From Raillietiella orientalis (Eukaryota): a stretch of 64,000 nt of DNA. Shown in pieces: positions 63,078 through 64,000 of this stretch; positions within the stretch are counted from its first letter, which is position 1; every line of letters starts with the position of its first letter. The position numbers and the translations under genes are program-made. Under the pieces are notes generated by a model that saw nothing but the letters and a program-made list of their open reading frames with translations, had not been told where the DNA came from and ran no database searches. Location: positions 496,001-560,000 of the forward strand of contig JAYWIR010000063.1 in the NCBI GenBank assembly GCA_036172245.1. Direction: 5' to 3'.

Positions 63078-64000
63078 CTTCTCTTGATGATTCAACAGCT
63101 GATTGCGACCTTCCAGACAACTATCTCCATCCATCACTTTTCTTCAATCTCGCTAATCCAATGCAGGCAACGTGGAAACGAAAGACATCATCAAGTCTCT
63201 CTCCACTAATAGAAACCATAAATCTCAAAATTCAACCCATATCGTTTCATCATCACCACCACAGGAAAAATTCTCGCATTTGTATTCTAAAACGGTCCCA
63301 TCGTCTTCATACCTTAGTTCCCAATTGTTGCCATGCAAGTAACTGTAGGATTCACTGGAGCTTACAGCTTTTCTACCCAAACCTCTCAACGTACAAAAAT
63401 GCATTCAACATCAATACACCAACTGTTTGTTTTTCACTCCTGCAACCAGAACGCAGCCCTCATACTTTCTCAGCACCACCGATAACCCTTTCACTAATCT
63501 TCACATACACAGGAAGACACTCTTCTGCAAAGTCAAAATTTTAGGTAGATTTATCCAGCAGAACAGCAGTCTGAATTTCTACATATCCTTGCAAGAGTAA
63601 AAAATGCACTCAAACTTGCAACGTTCAAATCCATTCTGTAAAGGACTCTCTCATTCATTTCTTTCTTTCGAACATTCGTCAATGTTGGACCGAGGGTAAA
63701 GTAAGAATTCAACTTCTCCAGACACTTGTCCAATAGAATTTCTATGGATGGGATGCAATAGTCTTTGCTCGACAGCTTTAACTGCCATGGTAATCCAAAG
63801 TATTTCAGTAATTGCTGGCCTTCTTTGTTTTACTCTCCTTTTATTTCGAATGTTTATTTTTTCACTTACCCGTATCCACTGTCTTCTTCTTGAGGTTTCC
63901 CTGTGTACCTGACACATCATGGATGTTGAATGACTATTGCTCCTTCCAATTCTATGCTTATGAAAGTGCTGATTTTCAATATATAGGCTAATTACTGAGA
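63078..64000 (+). repeat. Direct repeat copy 2 of 1-918, cut by window edge
   Basis: Near-identical to window start with a few substitutions and small indels. Confidence 0.97.

Overview
Eukaryotic nuclear DNA from an arthropod, most likely a pancrustacean (its NUMT has the cox1-trnL2 order). There is no intact host gene; the window is a transposon and foreign-DNA graveyard. 2.1-4.7 kb is a decayed RLE-type (Utopia/NeSL-like) non-LTR element. 5-36 kb is a Russian-doll nest of L1/Tx1-clade LINEs: A0 is split by A1 and by antisense element C, and C's ORF1 is split by two head-to-tail full-length copies of a second family (B1 decayed, B2 fully intact). B1 and B2 sit at the same 15-bp palindrome-containing site, which suggests a LINE that targets another LINE. 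Next come a ~7 kb rearranged NUMT, another LINE, a hairpin-rich segment, a DIRS/Ngaro-like relic, and a ~1.3 kb patchwork of Wolbachia-like fragments (SCO, IS5, IS982, IS630). Very old LINE relics fill the rest. The first 918 bp recur near-identically at 63078-64000. Element names (A0, A1, B, C and so on) are my own labels. Family calls rest on motif recognition by eye, not database searches.
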